This document shows positions 36,116 to 52,269 of a stretch of DNA of 64,000 bases, in pieces. The position numbers and the translations under genes are program-made. Source of the stretch: Octopus sinensis (Eukaryota); assembly GCF_006345805.1 (NCBI RefSeq), contig NC_043014.1, positions 17,236,001-17,300,000 on the forward strand, written 5' to 3'. Numbering within the stretch: position 1 is the first letter of the stretch; the number at the start of each line of letters is the position of its first letter. The notes beneath the pieces are model-generated. The model was not told the origin of the DNA. It saw only the letters and a list, made by a program, of their open reading frames with translations, and did no database searches.

Positions 36116-36284
36116 TATTTTCTTTCAGTTTTCAACATACCATTCATGTAATGTTTTTCGTTTAGTCTTGTCTCCCTATTTGCTCCCGTTTCATAGCCAC
36201 TCATCGTCTCCCCTAAAAATTGACTTCTCTGATACTTTCAAACCTACTTTCTTGCTATCACGATTAACAGAATCCTCTTGCTAG

Positions 36285-39200
36285 TTTGGGGTTGACCCGC
36301 CCACCCACCCCCTCCACACATGCCGGAAGTTCCTATTCTTTTCATCCCCGGGTTGCTTCCCTTGAAGACTGCAAATGCTCTTTCACCATCCCTACCCCTA
36401 GTTTCGACCTAGGTAAGGTAATGATCATACAGTGCAAAATATGAATGGGTAGTGTTATGTAGGTTGAATTGAAGGCTACTGTATTACTTGCTCATGAATT
36501 CTGCCAAATGCGAGCTTTCTTTTCAGGTACATGAAGCTACTGTCCACCGACGCAGGGTCTCTAGGGCCCATACCTCCCACACCCTCAGGGTTGGCACCCT
36601 CAACGTTGGCACACTGAAAGGTAGGTCTGGCGAGATAGTTGAAATGCTTGAACGGAGACGTGTGGATATATGTTGCATGCAAGAAGTAAGGTGGAGAGGA
36701 GGTTCTGCTAGGTTCCTCACAGGCAAGGAACACAGGTACAAGATTTTCTGGGCAGGGAACACTGACGGGGTTGGAGGCGTGGGTATACTTATCGCTGAGA
36801 AATGGGTAGATAAAGTAATTGAGGTAATCAGAGTTTGCGACAGAATACTTAAGATTAGATTAGCGCTTCATCATAGTTTAGCAACCATTATATCAGCCTA
36901 TGCTCCTCAGTCGGGGCTACCTGATGGACAGAAAGACCGATTCTATGACACTCTACTGCAGACTACCTCGTTGACGAACGACAGAGACCTTCTCTTTGTG
37001 GCTGGTGACTTCAATGGTCACGTTGGACGACATGCTGGGGGCTTCCACGGCGTACATGGAGGCTATGGCTCTGGTTCCCGCAACGAGGAGGGAACCAGGC
37101 TGCTGGAGTTCTGCGATGCAAATAATCTTATGATTTGCAACACTAACTTCAGGAAACCTACCAGCCACCTAGTCACCTACCGATCGGGCCAACATACCAG
37201 CTAAATTGACTACATCCTTGCCAGGCAAAGGGAGAGATGGCTACTTATAAATGCCAAAACCTTCCCAGGCGAAGAATGCACCCCACAACATAGACTGGTA
37301 GTTAGTGACTTTAGGATCAGGAGTAGGAGGACAACCAGAAGACGACCAACATGGAGAAGAAGGATCTGGAAGCTTAAGGATCCTGTGAATGGACAGAGAT
37401 TTAGAGACATGTTACTTGAAGCCTTTGACGAAGTAGAAGGGGATAGAGTATCACATGGGGTAGAGGACAACTGGACGTTTCTAAGGGACAACCTGCTGAG
37501 AGCCACTGACCAGATCTGTGGCTGGTGCAAAGTCCCCTCTCGTCCCAAGGTAACGTGGTGGTGGAACAGTGTCGTAGACAGGGCTATTAGAGAAAAGAGA
37601 CAGACTTGGAAGCACTGGAAGAATGGTGGTAGCAGGGAATTGTATCAGACTGCTAAAAGGGAAGCTAGGAGACAGGTCTATCTAGCCAGAGGGGAAGCAG
37701 ATAAGAAAAAATTTGCCAATGTTCTGCGCCGTGAGGACCAAAACTGGAGGTGTTTCGCGTTGCAAGACAGTGTGTGAGAGAGAATTGTGATGTGGTGGGA
37801 GAGAAGTGTGTTCGCATGGAAGATGGTTCACTTGCGCTAAACGAGGATGCAAAGAGAGAGGCTTGGAGACGCCACTATGAAAAGTTGCTGAATAAAGAAA
37901 ATGAATGGGATAAAGAGAGTCTGCCGAACGTTGACCCAACAGAGGGACCAGCTATCAGGGTTGATAGTTCCTTAGTAGCTAAGGCAATTAGAAGCATGAA
38001 GACAGGGAAAGCCCCAGGCCCATCAGGTATCACTGCAGGGATGCTCAAAATATCTGGTAGTGTCGGCTATAGCCTAGTCACCTGTATAGTTAATCAGGTG
38101 ATACATGAAGGAGTCATACCCAATGACTGGTGTAGCAGCATAATAGTCAACTGCTACAAAGGTAAAGGTGATGCCCTAGATACAAATAATTACAGAGGTA
38201 TCAAGCTGTTGGATCAGGTGATGAAGGTTACAGAGAGGGTCATAAGCCAACTAATTAGAGAGAGAGAGTTAGTTTAGATGAGATGCAGTTTGGTTTCGTG
38301 CCAGGGAAAAGTACCACTGATGCTATATTCCTGGTAAGGCAGCTGCAGGAGAAATACCTAGCCAAAGATAAGCCCCTGTACCTGGCTTTTGTTGACATGG
38401 AGAAAGCCTTCGACAGGGTCCCCCGATCCCTCATATGGTGGTCAATGAGGAAACTAGGAATAGATGAATGGTTAGTGAGAGCTGTGCAAGCCATGTACAG
38501 GGAAGCTGCTAGTAAGGTGAGGGTTGGAAATGAGTACAGTGAAGAATTCCGGGTAGAGGTAGGGGTCCACCAAGGCTCAGTCCTCAGCCCCCTCTTATTT
38601 ATCATAGTCCTCCAGGCAATAACGGAGGAATTCAAGACAGGATGCCCCTGGGAGCTCCTCTATGCTGATGACCTTGCTCTAATTGCTGAGTCATTATCAG
38701 AACTGGAGAAGAAGTTTCAGGTGTGAAAACAAGGATTAGAATCGAAGGGCCTTAGAGTCAACCTAGCTAAAACCAAAGTCCTAATAAGTAGGAAGGTAGA
38801 CAAATCACAAACGCCTTCAGGTAGATGGCCCTGCTCGATCTGTAGAAAAGGTGTAGGTAGAAACTCTATAAGATGCACCAAGCGTAAGCTATGGACACAT
38901 AAGAGGTGCAGCAATGTCATAGGAAGGCTAACTAGGAAGATGGTTTTTGTATGTGGCAGATGCTCGGGAGCATTAACCTCTGAAAATCTGCAGAAAACAA
39001 CTTCCGTCACTTTCCAGGGGGAAAAACTAGAAGTAGTTGATAGCTTCCGTTATCTTGGTGACCAAGTCAGTAGTGGGGGTGGGTGTGCTGAAAGTGTAAC
39101 GGCTAGAGTAAGAATAGCCTGGGCAAAGTTTAGGGAGCTCTTACCTCTGTTGGTGACTAAAGGCCTCTCGCTCAGAGTAAAAGGCAGACTGTATGATGCA

Positions 39201-40373
39201 TGTGTACGAACAGCCATGCTACATGGCAGTGAAACATGGGCCGTGACTGCTGAGGACATGCGTAAGCTCGCGAGAAATGAAGCTAGTATGCTCCGTTGGA
39301 TGTGTAATGTCAGTGTTCATAGTCGACAGAGTGTAAGTACCTTGAGAGAAAAGTTGGACCTAAGAGGAATCAGATGTTGTGTGCAAGAGAGACGATTGCG
39401 CTGGTATGGTCATGTGGTGAGAATGGATGAAGATAGGTGTGTGAAAAAGTGCCACACCCTGGCAGTTGAGGGGACCTGTGGAAGAGGTAGACCCAGGAAA
39501 ACCTGGGTCGAGGTGGTGAAGCACGACCTTCGAACTCTAGGTCTCACCAAGGAAATGACCAGAGACCGAGACCTATGGAAGTATGCTGTGCGTGAGAAGA
39601 CCAGTGAGAACAATCAAAATCAAATCATATATCAGAAAGCAGGGGTTAAGTGACCCATCCGTTCGTGTCCGCTGTCAGCCTCGTCTGGCACCCGTGTCGG
39701 TGATACGTAAAAGCACCATTCGCTCGTGGCCGTTTGCCAGCTCTGTCTGGCCCCGTGTCGGTGGCACGTAAAAGCACCATCCGTTCGTGGCCGTTTGCCA
39801 GCTCTGTCTGGTCCCGTGTCGGTGGCACGTAAAAGCACCATCCGTTCGTGTCCGTTGCCAGCCTCGGCTGGCCCCCGTGCCGGTGACACGTAAAAGCACC
39901 GTCCGCTCGTGGCCGTTTGCCAGCTCTGTCTGGCAACCGTGTCGGTGGCACGTAAAAGCACCATCCGTTCGCGTCCGTTGCCAGCCTCGGCTGGCCCCCG
40001 TGCCGGTGACGCGTAAAAGCACCGTCCGTTCGTGGCCGTTTGCCAGCTCTGTCTGGCCCCGTGTCGGTGGCACGTAAAAGCACCATCCGTTCGTGTCCGT
40101 TGCCAGCATCGCCTGGCCCCGTGCCGGTGACACGTAAAAGCACCATCCGTTCGTGGCCGTTCGCCAGCTCTGTCTGGCACCTGTGCAGGTGGCACGTAAA
40201 AAACACCCACTACACACGCGGAGTGGTTGGCGTTAGGAAGGGCATCCAACCGTAGAAACACTGCCAGATCTGACTGGGCCTGACGAAGCCTTCCAGCTTC
40301 ACAGACCCCAGTTGACCCGTCCAACCCATGCTAGCATGGAAAGCGGACGCTAAACGATGATGATGATGATGAT
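36285..40373 (+). mobile_element. Near-full-length RTE-clade LINE (APE-RT, 3'UTR tandem repeats, (GAT)n tail); 5' boundary approximate
   Basis: APE: VGTLNVGTL, CMQEVRW, AYAPQ, AGDFNGHVG. RT: QFGF, DMEKAFDRV, HQGSVLSP, YADD, FRYLG. Tail ggacgctaaacgatgatgatg at 40345-40373. Confidence 0.95.
36527..39653 (+). pseudogene. RTE ORF (APE-RT-PHD-thumb), inactivated
   Basis: Stops at 37202-37204 (TAA) and 38724-38726 (TGA); frameshifts near 37745 and in the GA run near 38270. Confidence 0.93.
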
Positions 40374-40701
40374 ATATATAGGTGTGTCTCTGTGTGTGCC
40401 ATTGTGTCTGCGTGTGTGGATGTAAGAATGAGTGCGTATTTTTGTGCGTTATTGTGTGTATACGTATGTGCATAAGAATTATATTCATATACTTATATAT
40501 ATATATGTTTAAGTAGTTGAATGAATTATCCTAGTATGGATAATTCGGTTAACCGATACCCGGGTAGCAAATTTGCGTCAGAAATCACGGTTGAAGCTAC
40601 ATGCCAAGGGCAGCAATCACGTGCTTTCGTGTGGAAATTTGTGTGTTATTTTTACTATAAATAAATGAAAGAATGGAGTCGAACGACGATTTAACAAAAT
40701 T

Positions 40702-40796
40702 CCTTTATTCTCGACATATGTTTCGAAGACTGCATATTCTCAATTCCGTAGGAATAAAGGGTGCATTATGTCGCATTCTCATCAAGAAAAACAAGG
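40702..40796 (-). ncRNA. Type I hammerhead motif, core C3->U variant
   Basis: ccttgtttttc-TTGATGA-...cttc-GAAAC-ATAT-GTC-gagaataaagg; stem I pairs at 9 of 11 positions. Confidence 0.7.
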
Positions 40797-41639
40797 AACT
40801 TTCCGAGATAAGAGAAAACAACAAAGTGCAGGTCTAAGTAAATTAGTTTGGCGTCTTAAGGACAACAATATAACTTTCAAACTGGATTGGTCCATATTGT
40901 CTGTATCCTTTCCTTTTGATAAGGGCAGAAAATATTGTGCCGTCTGTAATTCCGAACTTTTCTATATACTTTTCGCCAAATTCCCTTTAGTAAACACAAT
41001 GGTAGAAAAATCCTATTGGTGCATGCACTGGAGGAAGCACACCTTCCACTCATATGAATGATGAATAATATAGTTAACCTCCTTGAATTTAATAAAGTGG
41101 TTCTACTTCTACAACAACGCCATAGAAAAAAAAAAATTTTAATACTCAGTTACATGGAGAGCTACTACTAAACTCGTTGGGGTATTTCTACCTTTGTCTC
41201 TCTACCTCTCCTCCCTCTCTCTCTGTCTCCCTCTCTCTATCATAAGCACAATCAAACACACAGACACAAAACTGTCACTTCACCACTAAATGTGTTTGAC
41301 ATTTATCCCCCCACACACACAATCACGAACACACATACACACACATAGACACGAATGCAGTTATATACATACACTCACATAGGCACTCAATCTTATTAGC
41401 AAAAGCAAACAACAACGCATCACCATACATACGACTTGCACTCTGTCACCCTCCTATTCTTAGAACCTTCCCATTCCAACCATTTTTGAACTTTTGAACT
41501 CTTTAGAGTCTTCTCCATCCAACCAATTTTTACGTCACTGCTTATAACGGAATATTTTAAAGAAACACTCATTATCACTATGGACTCCGTGTGGGCAGTC
41601 ATCTATAAGTTTTTGTTCGTCATGATGCTGACATAAGTT

Positions 41640-41722
41640 CCTTGTTTTTCCTGATGAGAATGCGGCATAATGCACCCTTTATTCCTACGGAATTGAGAAT
41701 ATGCAGTCTTCGAGAATAACGG
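41640..41722 (+). ncRNA. Hammerhead remnant with intact CTGATGA and a 12-nt deletion of GAAAC-stem III
   Basis: Compared with 40702-40796, gaaacatatgtc is missing between tcga microhomologies. Confidence 0.65.
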
Positions 41723-41757
41723 AATTTTGTTAAATCGTCGTTTGACTCCATTCTTTC

Positions 41758-41849
<92 letters not shown>

Positions 41850-42163
41850 AATTAAGAATTTAATCATAATGTCTTCACTTATGTTGTAGATTTATTCTCT
41901 GCTATTTAGCCCTGAAGAGTAGCGTTGTATCATTGGATCGAAGAAATATTAATTTTTCAGATTATCAATTTTGATAATGTCGATATAATATATCGTCACG
42001 AAATGCGCCTCGTCGATTTAATGTGCATTATTTAGTATAATATGTTTTAGTATATTATTAATAATATACTTATAGTTATATTTTATTATAGATAATATCT
42101 TTCATTCTTAATTGAATTACTTTATGGAGGGTCTGTCTCTTAATTATATTTATATATGTATAA

Positions 42164-42228
<65 letters not shown>

Positions 42229-42785
42229 CACACCTATATATATATATATACATGCATACGTATATCCATGCTTACCAGTATATATCATATATTCACACTC
42301 ACACACATTCACTCACACATACATATATATATATAAAGAATATTATCTTCCAATTATTCAAGTCATTAATCAGCAACCATGATGGCAACACTCCTAGAAG
42401 GTATTTTATTCGAATATATTCACCACGGTATTTAAATTTTGAAAGTCTGTTACTTATTATATCGGTTTCTTTTGAGGAACTGTTAAGTTACGGGGATGGA
42501 ATATCTCCAGAGACTAATACAACCACTATAATCAAAGCTCACACACACACATACACCCATGTATATATGTATATACATAAGACAGGCCTCTTTCAGTTTC
42601 TGACAACAAAATCTACTCACGACACGAGGATATGGAATTGGACACTTGGTGAAGGCAGCTCGTATTAACAATGACCCCTACACCATGTGGTTGGAAATCA
42701 AGCTTCTTATTACGCAGACACGCCATTGACTTTATACACACATACACTTATATAGATATACATATATATTTATATATGTATATGT

Positions 42786-42817
<32 letters not shown>

Positions 42818-43218
42818 TTAGCGTCCGCTTTCCATGCTAGCATGGGTTGGACGGTTCAACTGGGGTCTGTGAAGCCAGAAGGCTGCACCAGGCCCAGTCT
42901 CATCTGGCAGTGTTTCTACGGCTGGATGCCCTTCCTAACGCCAACCACTCCGTGAGTGTAGTGGGTGCTTTTTTACATGTCACCGGCACAGGTGCCAGAC
43001 GGGGCTGGCAAACGGCCACGGACGGATGGTGCTTTTTACGTGCCGCCCGCACATTACGTTCTGAGTTCAAATTCCACCGAGGTCGACCCCGCCCTTCATC
43101 CTTTCGGGGTCGATAACTCAAGCATCAGTCACGCACTGGGGTCGATATAATCGACCCAATCCCCTTGTCTGTCCCTGCCTGTCCCCTCCATGTCTAGCCC
43201 CCTGCGGGCAGCAAAGAA
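42786..43218. mobile_element. RTE 3' fragment (42786-43050, -) joined to a SINE B fragment (43055-43218, +)
   Basis: (cat)n-ttagcgtccgctttccatgctagc...; then ttacgttctgagttcaaattccaccgaggtcg...gcagcaaagaaat. Confidence 0.88.
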
Positions 43219-43685
43219 ATATATATATATATAAAGTAACAACATAACTAGGTATCTGTCAAGCAATAATTTCATTCCTGCTTCAAAATAGTGGTTAGCA
43301 GTAGTGAATATAATCCAACAATAAGACAACTGATGTAAGTAAAATATGTTGAATTCACAACACCTCGACAACTTCGTACAACATCCCAGTATATCTTAAT
43401 TTGGATGAAAGTCACACATTTCCATATCAGTCAGCATCACTTAACATCCATGTTCCATGCTGGCATGGGTTGGATATATCACTTTATATTTTCATATTTT
43501 TTTCATGCATTTTTATCTTGTATATCCGAAATCTACCTCCAACACAAAAGACAAGCTTCACCAAACAAGATGTTAGAGAATTGATTTTTCATGAAATTTA
43601 CGTAATTTAGCAGATAAAACAATTTCATCATTATCTCTTACGATTATAATGAATATATTCATAATACAATCAAGAAAACATTACT

Positions 43686-43767
<82 letters not shown>

Positions 43768-43784
43768 ATATATATATATTTATA

Positions 43785-43885
<101 letters not shown>

Positions 43886-44271
43886 TGTACGCTCAAGTGG
43901 TCACACCTGTTTTATCCTGTTTTAAACACCTACATATTGGACTCACTACTGCCTGAACTTTCTGCACCTCTCCGATTCTACACCTCTCCGATTGCCACTG
44001 GATATAATTATGGATCTCACGGGACACATCTGTTAATGAAAAGTCCCTCCAATACACTACAACTTTTAATCCTTTTTCAACTTCTGTGATTTCCTCATTT
44101 TCTTTACTTTTGAAGATCGTAGGGCCGAAACATAAAGCTCTTTCTCACTTTTCGGAGTGTCAAACTAATACACACCTTGTTCATATATCTGTGTTCGTCT
44201 TTTGTTTTTCTGCAAATTTCAACTATGTATATATATATATATATGTCTATAGATAGATATATATATATAAA

Positions 44272-44602
44272 TACAGTGTACATTTAAACACATAAGAGGT
44301 ATCCGTCATCCGTTCATTGCACGCTAGAAGGAACAGCTAAAATCCAAACCGCTATTAGGGATAATCATCGAAGGGAATGAAAATTATAAAACATTTACCT
44401 CTGTCTCCTAGACAACGGATTGAGACATTTTTTTAGCAAATATACTTATTTGCTAGGCGAAGTCTTCACCAGCAGGTACGCCTATAAGCATGATGCAATC
44501 CAGCATTGCCTCTTATGTGATACCTCTTATGTGTTTAAATATGTTTAAATGTGTTTAAACACATAAGACGGATACCTCTTCGGAGTTTAAATGTACAATG
44601 CA
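44272..44602. mobile_element. Tc1/mariner-type MITE (~330 bp)
   Basis: TA|CAGTG start; imperfect ~34-bp TIRs 44274-44307 / 44567-44600. Confidence 0.6.
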
Positions 44603-44723
44603 TTTATATGAATAATATATATAGTCTATTGACAATTTTTTTACACGTTAGGCCACTGGTAGTAAAAATTCTAAGCTTTTTTATTACCCTGTTATTGTTA
44701 AATATATATATATATATATATAT

Positions 44724-44805
<82 letters not shown>

Positions 44806-45169
44806 TGATAGATATAATAACAAAGGGTAAAATTAATTAATTAAGAAGTAATCAATAATTTCACCAAGTAGAATTCGGTATGAAAAAAGGACCGTTTCAC
44901 GGCAAACTTAAGTAATACTAATAAAAGGGTTCAACCAAGATTTGCTTCAACACACACCGAAGTTTAGAAATAGCAGCCAAAAATCTTAGCTATTTCTTCT
45001 ACTTTAAAAGGGGGTCTCCCGGAGAAACCAAAATACTTGAAGGTTATTCACACAGGCAGAGAGTAAAGCAACGAAAATCAATCAATATCTGGTCGTCCAT
45101 GGACGCGCGTTTCTGTAGTAGTTTACTTGAAGACACACGTGGAAGGGCTGGGGATGCTAAGCGAAACTC

Positions 45170-48215
<3,046 letters not shown>

Positions 48216-48284
48216 AGAGCGAGAGAGACATAATTACATACATACATACATATATATATACATACTTAAATAAAAAGAATACTT

Positions 48285-48370
48285 TTAAAAATCGGTATGC
48301 CAATCACGTAGCCTCCTTCCGACATAAGGACACAAGCAAAGCTTCTAAGTTCGCTACCTATTCTTTATTA
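48285..48370 (+). pseudogene. Short Penelope-like GIY-YIG relic
   Basis: KNTFKNRYANHVASFRHK resembles the F..R..NH..SFR motif (cf. RISNHFTTFR in the 7401 ORF). Confidence 0.55.
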
Positions 48371-48719
48371 ACATTTTGTTATATTTCCAGCCCTTTAATT
48401 TAATAGCTAAGAAGGATTACACTTTCACCTTTTCTACTTTTTAAATTTTAGATTTTTTGTGTTTTCATTTTCTTTTTTTTTTAACTTTCTACATTTTCTA
48501 TATGCTGTCTTCTCAGTTTTCTCAAGTTTCTTCTCTTATTCATTTTTCTTTAGTTCGCTTTAGACTGCTCTCTAACCACTAGAACTTGTGCCTCCATATA
48601 TATATGCTCATGTGCCTCCATATATATATATTGCTCGTGTTTTTTGTGTTGAAGTTAAACCCACCTCTGGCCTTGTATTGAAATCTTCTACATTCCCTCT
48701 ACCAACTGTTACCAATTAA

Positions 48720-49960
48720 GATGTTATATCTGAGTCGGCAGGTATTTTACCCGCTTAACGCTTTCGCCATACTACTCCATACTGCACCGTCTGAAATCGC
48801 AGTGAAACGTTTGGGTGTACGTCGACACATTGCGTAATGTTTGTTTATTTCTTTCCCCTGAATGTCACTCTCGGTACAAAATTGATCAGCGTGTCCACTC
48901 TCAGCAAAATCCGAAGAAAAGTGGTAAGGTTATGTCATAAAATAGAATCCATTTGACCATTTACATGAAAATATTCCATTGCCATTTAAATCTCAATACA
49001 TCTTATAAATAATCGACGTTTCATATGTCGAAGTGCTTAATTTTACTCACTGTTCAATTTTCTTCAAAATCAGTTCATTATTTTATTGTGAATGATTTTG
49101 ACGATTGCTGCCTTTCATCATTTTAATTTTAATTCTACTTCATGACTCCGGCCATAAATTTTACCTAAAAGTCAAAGTTTATCAAAATCGGATGAATTGT
49201 GTAAAAGTTACAGCATAATATACTAATCCTATGGGTAACTGCATACAAAAAGCCTATTGATATTTTAAAAGTCTCTCTCTCACACGCAGTTATCGATTTT
49301 TGTCAACTCTTAATGCTGATATCAACTAATGGACATGAACTGTAATCACGTGTAAAATTCCTACAAAATCGTTAAGAATGTCTGTAAAGAAATGCTTATG
49401 TACATTTGTACCCTTTTCAAGCTCTTTTGAATTAAATACATACATTTCCCATATCCCCCACCAAACATTTACCTACGCTTCATATTTCATTAAAATCGGA
49501 TAAAAAATAAGAAATTTACGGCCAAAAATAAAACCCATATGGGTATTTGCACGCAAAATGTCTATTGATTTTATAAAACCACTGCTCCGGCGCAATAACC
49601 ATTTTTTTTCTCAACGTCATATACTGAAATCAACTCACTGCCATGGGCCTTGCTCACTCATCGATTTTCATTAAAATTGGATAAAAAATGCAAAAGCTGC
49701 TGGAAAAATAACATCGTTATGGGAATATGCGAGGTTAATGAACAAAATTTTAAAATGTCGCCATTGTTTTCAAATTACGTTTCACATTTCTAAAGTTTTT
49801 CATTTAAAACTTTTGTTAATTCCTCGTTCAAAAGCATTGGCCAAAATCGGTACCGATTGGGATTTGGGGATTTGAAAAAAATCAAAACGCATTCAAACAA
49901 TTTTTAAAGAGCTTCCTGCCATCATTTCCAACGTTGAAGTGAAAAAAAAAATGAAAATCA
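48720..49960. repeat. Unclassified element with recurring aaaatcggat / (c)tatggg.a..tgc motifs
   Basis: aaaat(c/t)ggat at 49184, 49492 and 49673, each followed by related downstream blocks. Confidence 0.45.
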
Positions 49961-49974
49961 TCACCAGAACGAGT

Positions 49975-50009
49975 GCAGGAGTGGCTCTGTGGTAAGTAGC
50001 TTGCTTACC
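49975..50009 (+). mobile_element. SINE family A head, separated from its body at 53262
   Basis: gcaggagtggctctgtggtaagtagcttgcttacc ends where 53262 (aactacatggttccgg) resumes. Confidence 0.85.
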
Positions 50010-50598
50010 TCATTGAGCATGTGCGAATCAGAGTTGTGTTTGATACTGAAGCTGTAACGACGTGTTTTTGAAGCCATCTTAAATAGAAGAGTTTTGAAAC
50101 TCAGCTGTAAGGTAAAACTTTTTTGGGGGTCTAGTGGGGGCCTGTTGTCTGCCGCAATTATTTTTTACAAACAAGAAGTCCTCACTGGATTCTAGTCTAC
50201 CTGTAGCTGAGTGAATATTTTTTCACTTAACTGTGAAAATTATTGTTTTGATGGGCGTATCCTGCCGCAAAATTTTGTTTGGAAATAGTGTTTGTCCAGG
50301 AATAACTCCGTGAGAATTTTTAAAAAAGATTTCAACAATATTGTTCCTGTTAAGGAGTACGTATGAGAAGAAAATTGGAATGATTTGCATTAAAATTTTT
50401 CCTGGAGTACCGAGTGGCCTTTGCAGTGTTTTGAACTGCTGCTCTCTCTTCGTCTCTCTTTTATTTAAAAAAATGACTCTTTATTGAACTGTTAATTATT
50501 TCTCCTTCCTTTTTGTTTGGACTTTTTTCTCTTCCTTCTTTTTCTTTAATTATCTTGTATTTTATGAGGTGTTTTTTTGACTTTTTTTTAAAAGAAAC

Positions 50599-51620
50599 AT
50601 GGCAAAGAACAATGGAAAGTTGATGGAGTGGGAATTTATACCACCCAAAAGATGATTAAAAGAACTTGAAAGTAAGACGGTGGTTTTGAGGACCTACTCC
50701 AGGATCCTCGACGCCATTGCCGTTTTCAAAAAATATAATCGAAAGAGAGATGGCAGAATTTAAGCCAGCTATTAAGTTTATCACTCGGAGGGTCAAATAT
50801 GCAACCGTGTGGTTGCTGTTTGACTCCTCAAAAGTGGATTGTGAATTTGCGTGCCAGCTCCTGGAAGGCAGTGAAATTTTGTTTCTTCCCACTTATTGTG
50901 GGCAGAAGTTGACGAGGGCTTGGGTTTGTGGCTTGCCACCCGGTGCTGAGCCCGGGTGGATAGGAGATACTATCCGCCGGGGTCTGCGTGGCAGTAGCAC
51001 CAAGATCTTCAATGTAATTATTCTGCCTGCGGCTGACTGGGAGGGGTCAAAAGCTGTTTTGACCCTCTGGACCCAGTCAGCCGAAAGTCTGGTATTTCCA
51101 GACTTTTTAAGAATGGGCGGGTCGAAGTATCCGTTGATGCTGGAGGGAGCTCCTCCCACCAAGTGTCATCGGTGCCTGACCATATAAAAAAGAATTGTCC
51201 TCAACGGCAAAGCAAATTCCTGGAGCGGTCGACGGAGACCTCTGTAGAAGAGGGAATGAAGGCGGCCGAGGAGACAGAGGATGCCTGAAAGAAGAGCCGC
51301 AAAAGGAAGAAGGTGAATAATAATGGGTGCTCACCGAAGGATTCTGGGAATGCGGGAGGGGAGGCACATGTCCCCAGTCAAGAAGAAAAAAGAGGAAGAG
51401 GAGAAACGGGATATTGCCGACAGTCGGAGACATGGGGCCTCATCGGTGGTGGTGGTGGGGGAGACACACTTGGTCAGAATTGTGCCGCCAACAGTAGAAT
51501 TGACTACCTCGGACCCGGAGGAGGAAGAACTGTTGGTCTTCTGTTATAGAGTGGGAGTGGTGAAAAAGGTGGTGAAAGAACACTACAAGGGAGTACCTTT
51601 GACCTTCGCACGGTAACCCG
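50599..51620 (+). pseudogene. Tx1-type ORF1 homolog without ORF2 (frameshifted)
   Basis: LPTYCGQKLTRAWVCGLPP aligns with LPSYMGRRTTRIRIEEIPP of the 61362 ORF1; broken knuckle CHRC..HIKKNC; no APE/RT downstream. Confidence 0.75.
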
Positions 51621-52269
51621 AATGACCTCCGCAGATGGCTGTGGAGGTCATAACGTTACGCATGTTACATAGGCTGGGGGGACTAAAAGAGGTTTATCGC
51701 TCGTGGCCGGGTGACGCCTACTCGGAGCATACCTTGATTTTAAAGCAAGCATGGGATATGGTGGAGTACACGTACACAAGCGATGATGAGGATTGACAAG
51801 AGGTTGAAAAGCCTCAGTGATATAATGTGTAAGAAGCTCAGTGCCTCATTTGTAAATGGACTAGTGTTGATTGTATAGTTAATATTTTATTGTATATTAT
51901 TGTATGTTATTATTTGTTATGGACTATTAAGTCCAAGAATTGTAAAAACTGTAGTGAGAGGTTCAATACCTCGTTTTTTTCTGTTGGGGGAAAAAAAGAA
52001 GAATGTTTTAGAGAACCAGAACCAGATAACTTCACGTGTTCTTGTTATCTTATTCCAATTGATAGGTTTATCCGAGTATATAAAGGGTGTTGGAAGTGCA
52101 TACGGGTGTTGATATCGGCAGGCAGAGAAGGCAGGGTCACCGAGTGGAGAGATTGTTTGTTAGATCATATACTACTTTAAAATTTGGGAGAGTAGTAGGA
52201 CGATGGGTTATGCGGGATATTTTTTGTTTTATCTGGAGGACGGGTGTATTCTTGGTTCCGAGTTTAGTA

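Larger units (their letters stand above)
40510..41763. mobile_element. Penelope-like element: inverted 3'-terminal segment (40510-40802, -), GIY-YIG C-terminus (40795-41061, +) and 3'UTR
   Basis: TFRDKRKQQSAGLSKLVWRL..LDWSILSVSFPFDKGRKYCAVCNSELF is homologous to the 7401 ORF; 40661-40802 is the reverse complement of 41635-41763. Confidence 0.88.

Noticed and set aside
39700-40200. Resemblance of cgtg..cacg-taaaa in the RTE repeat to pistol ribozyme P1
   Set aside because: The loop is only 3-5 nt, there is no pseudoknot partner and no P2/P3 conserved residues.
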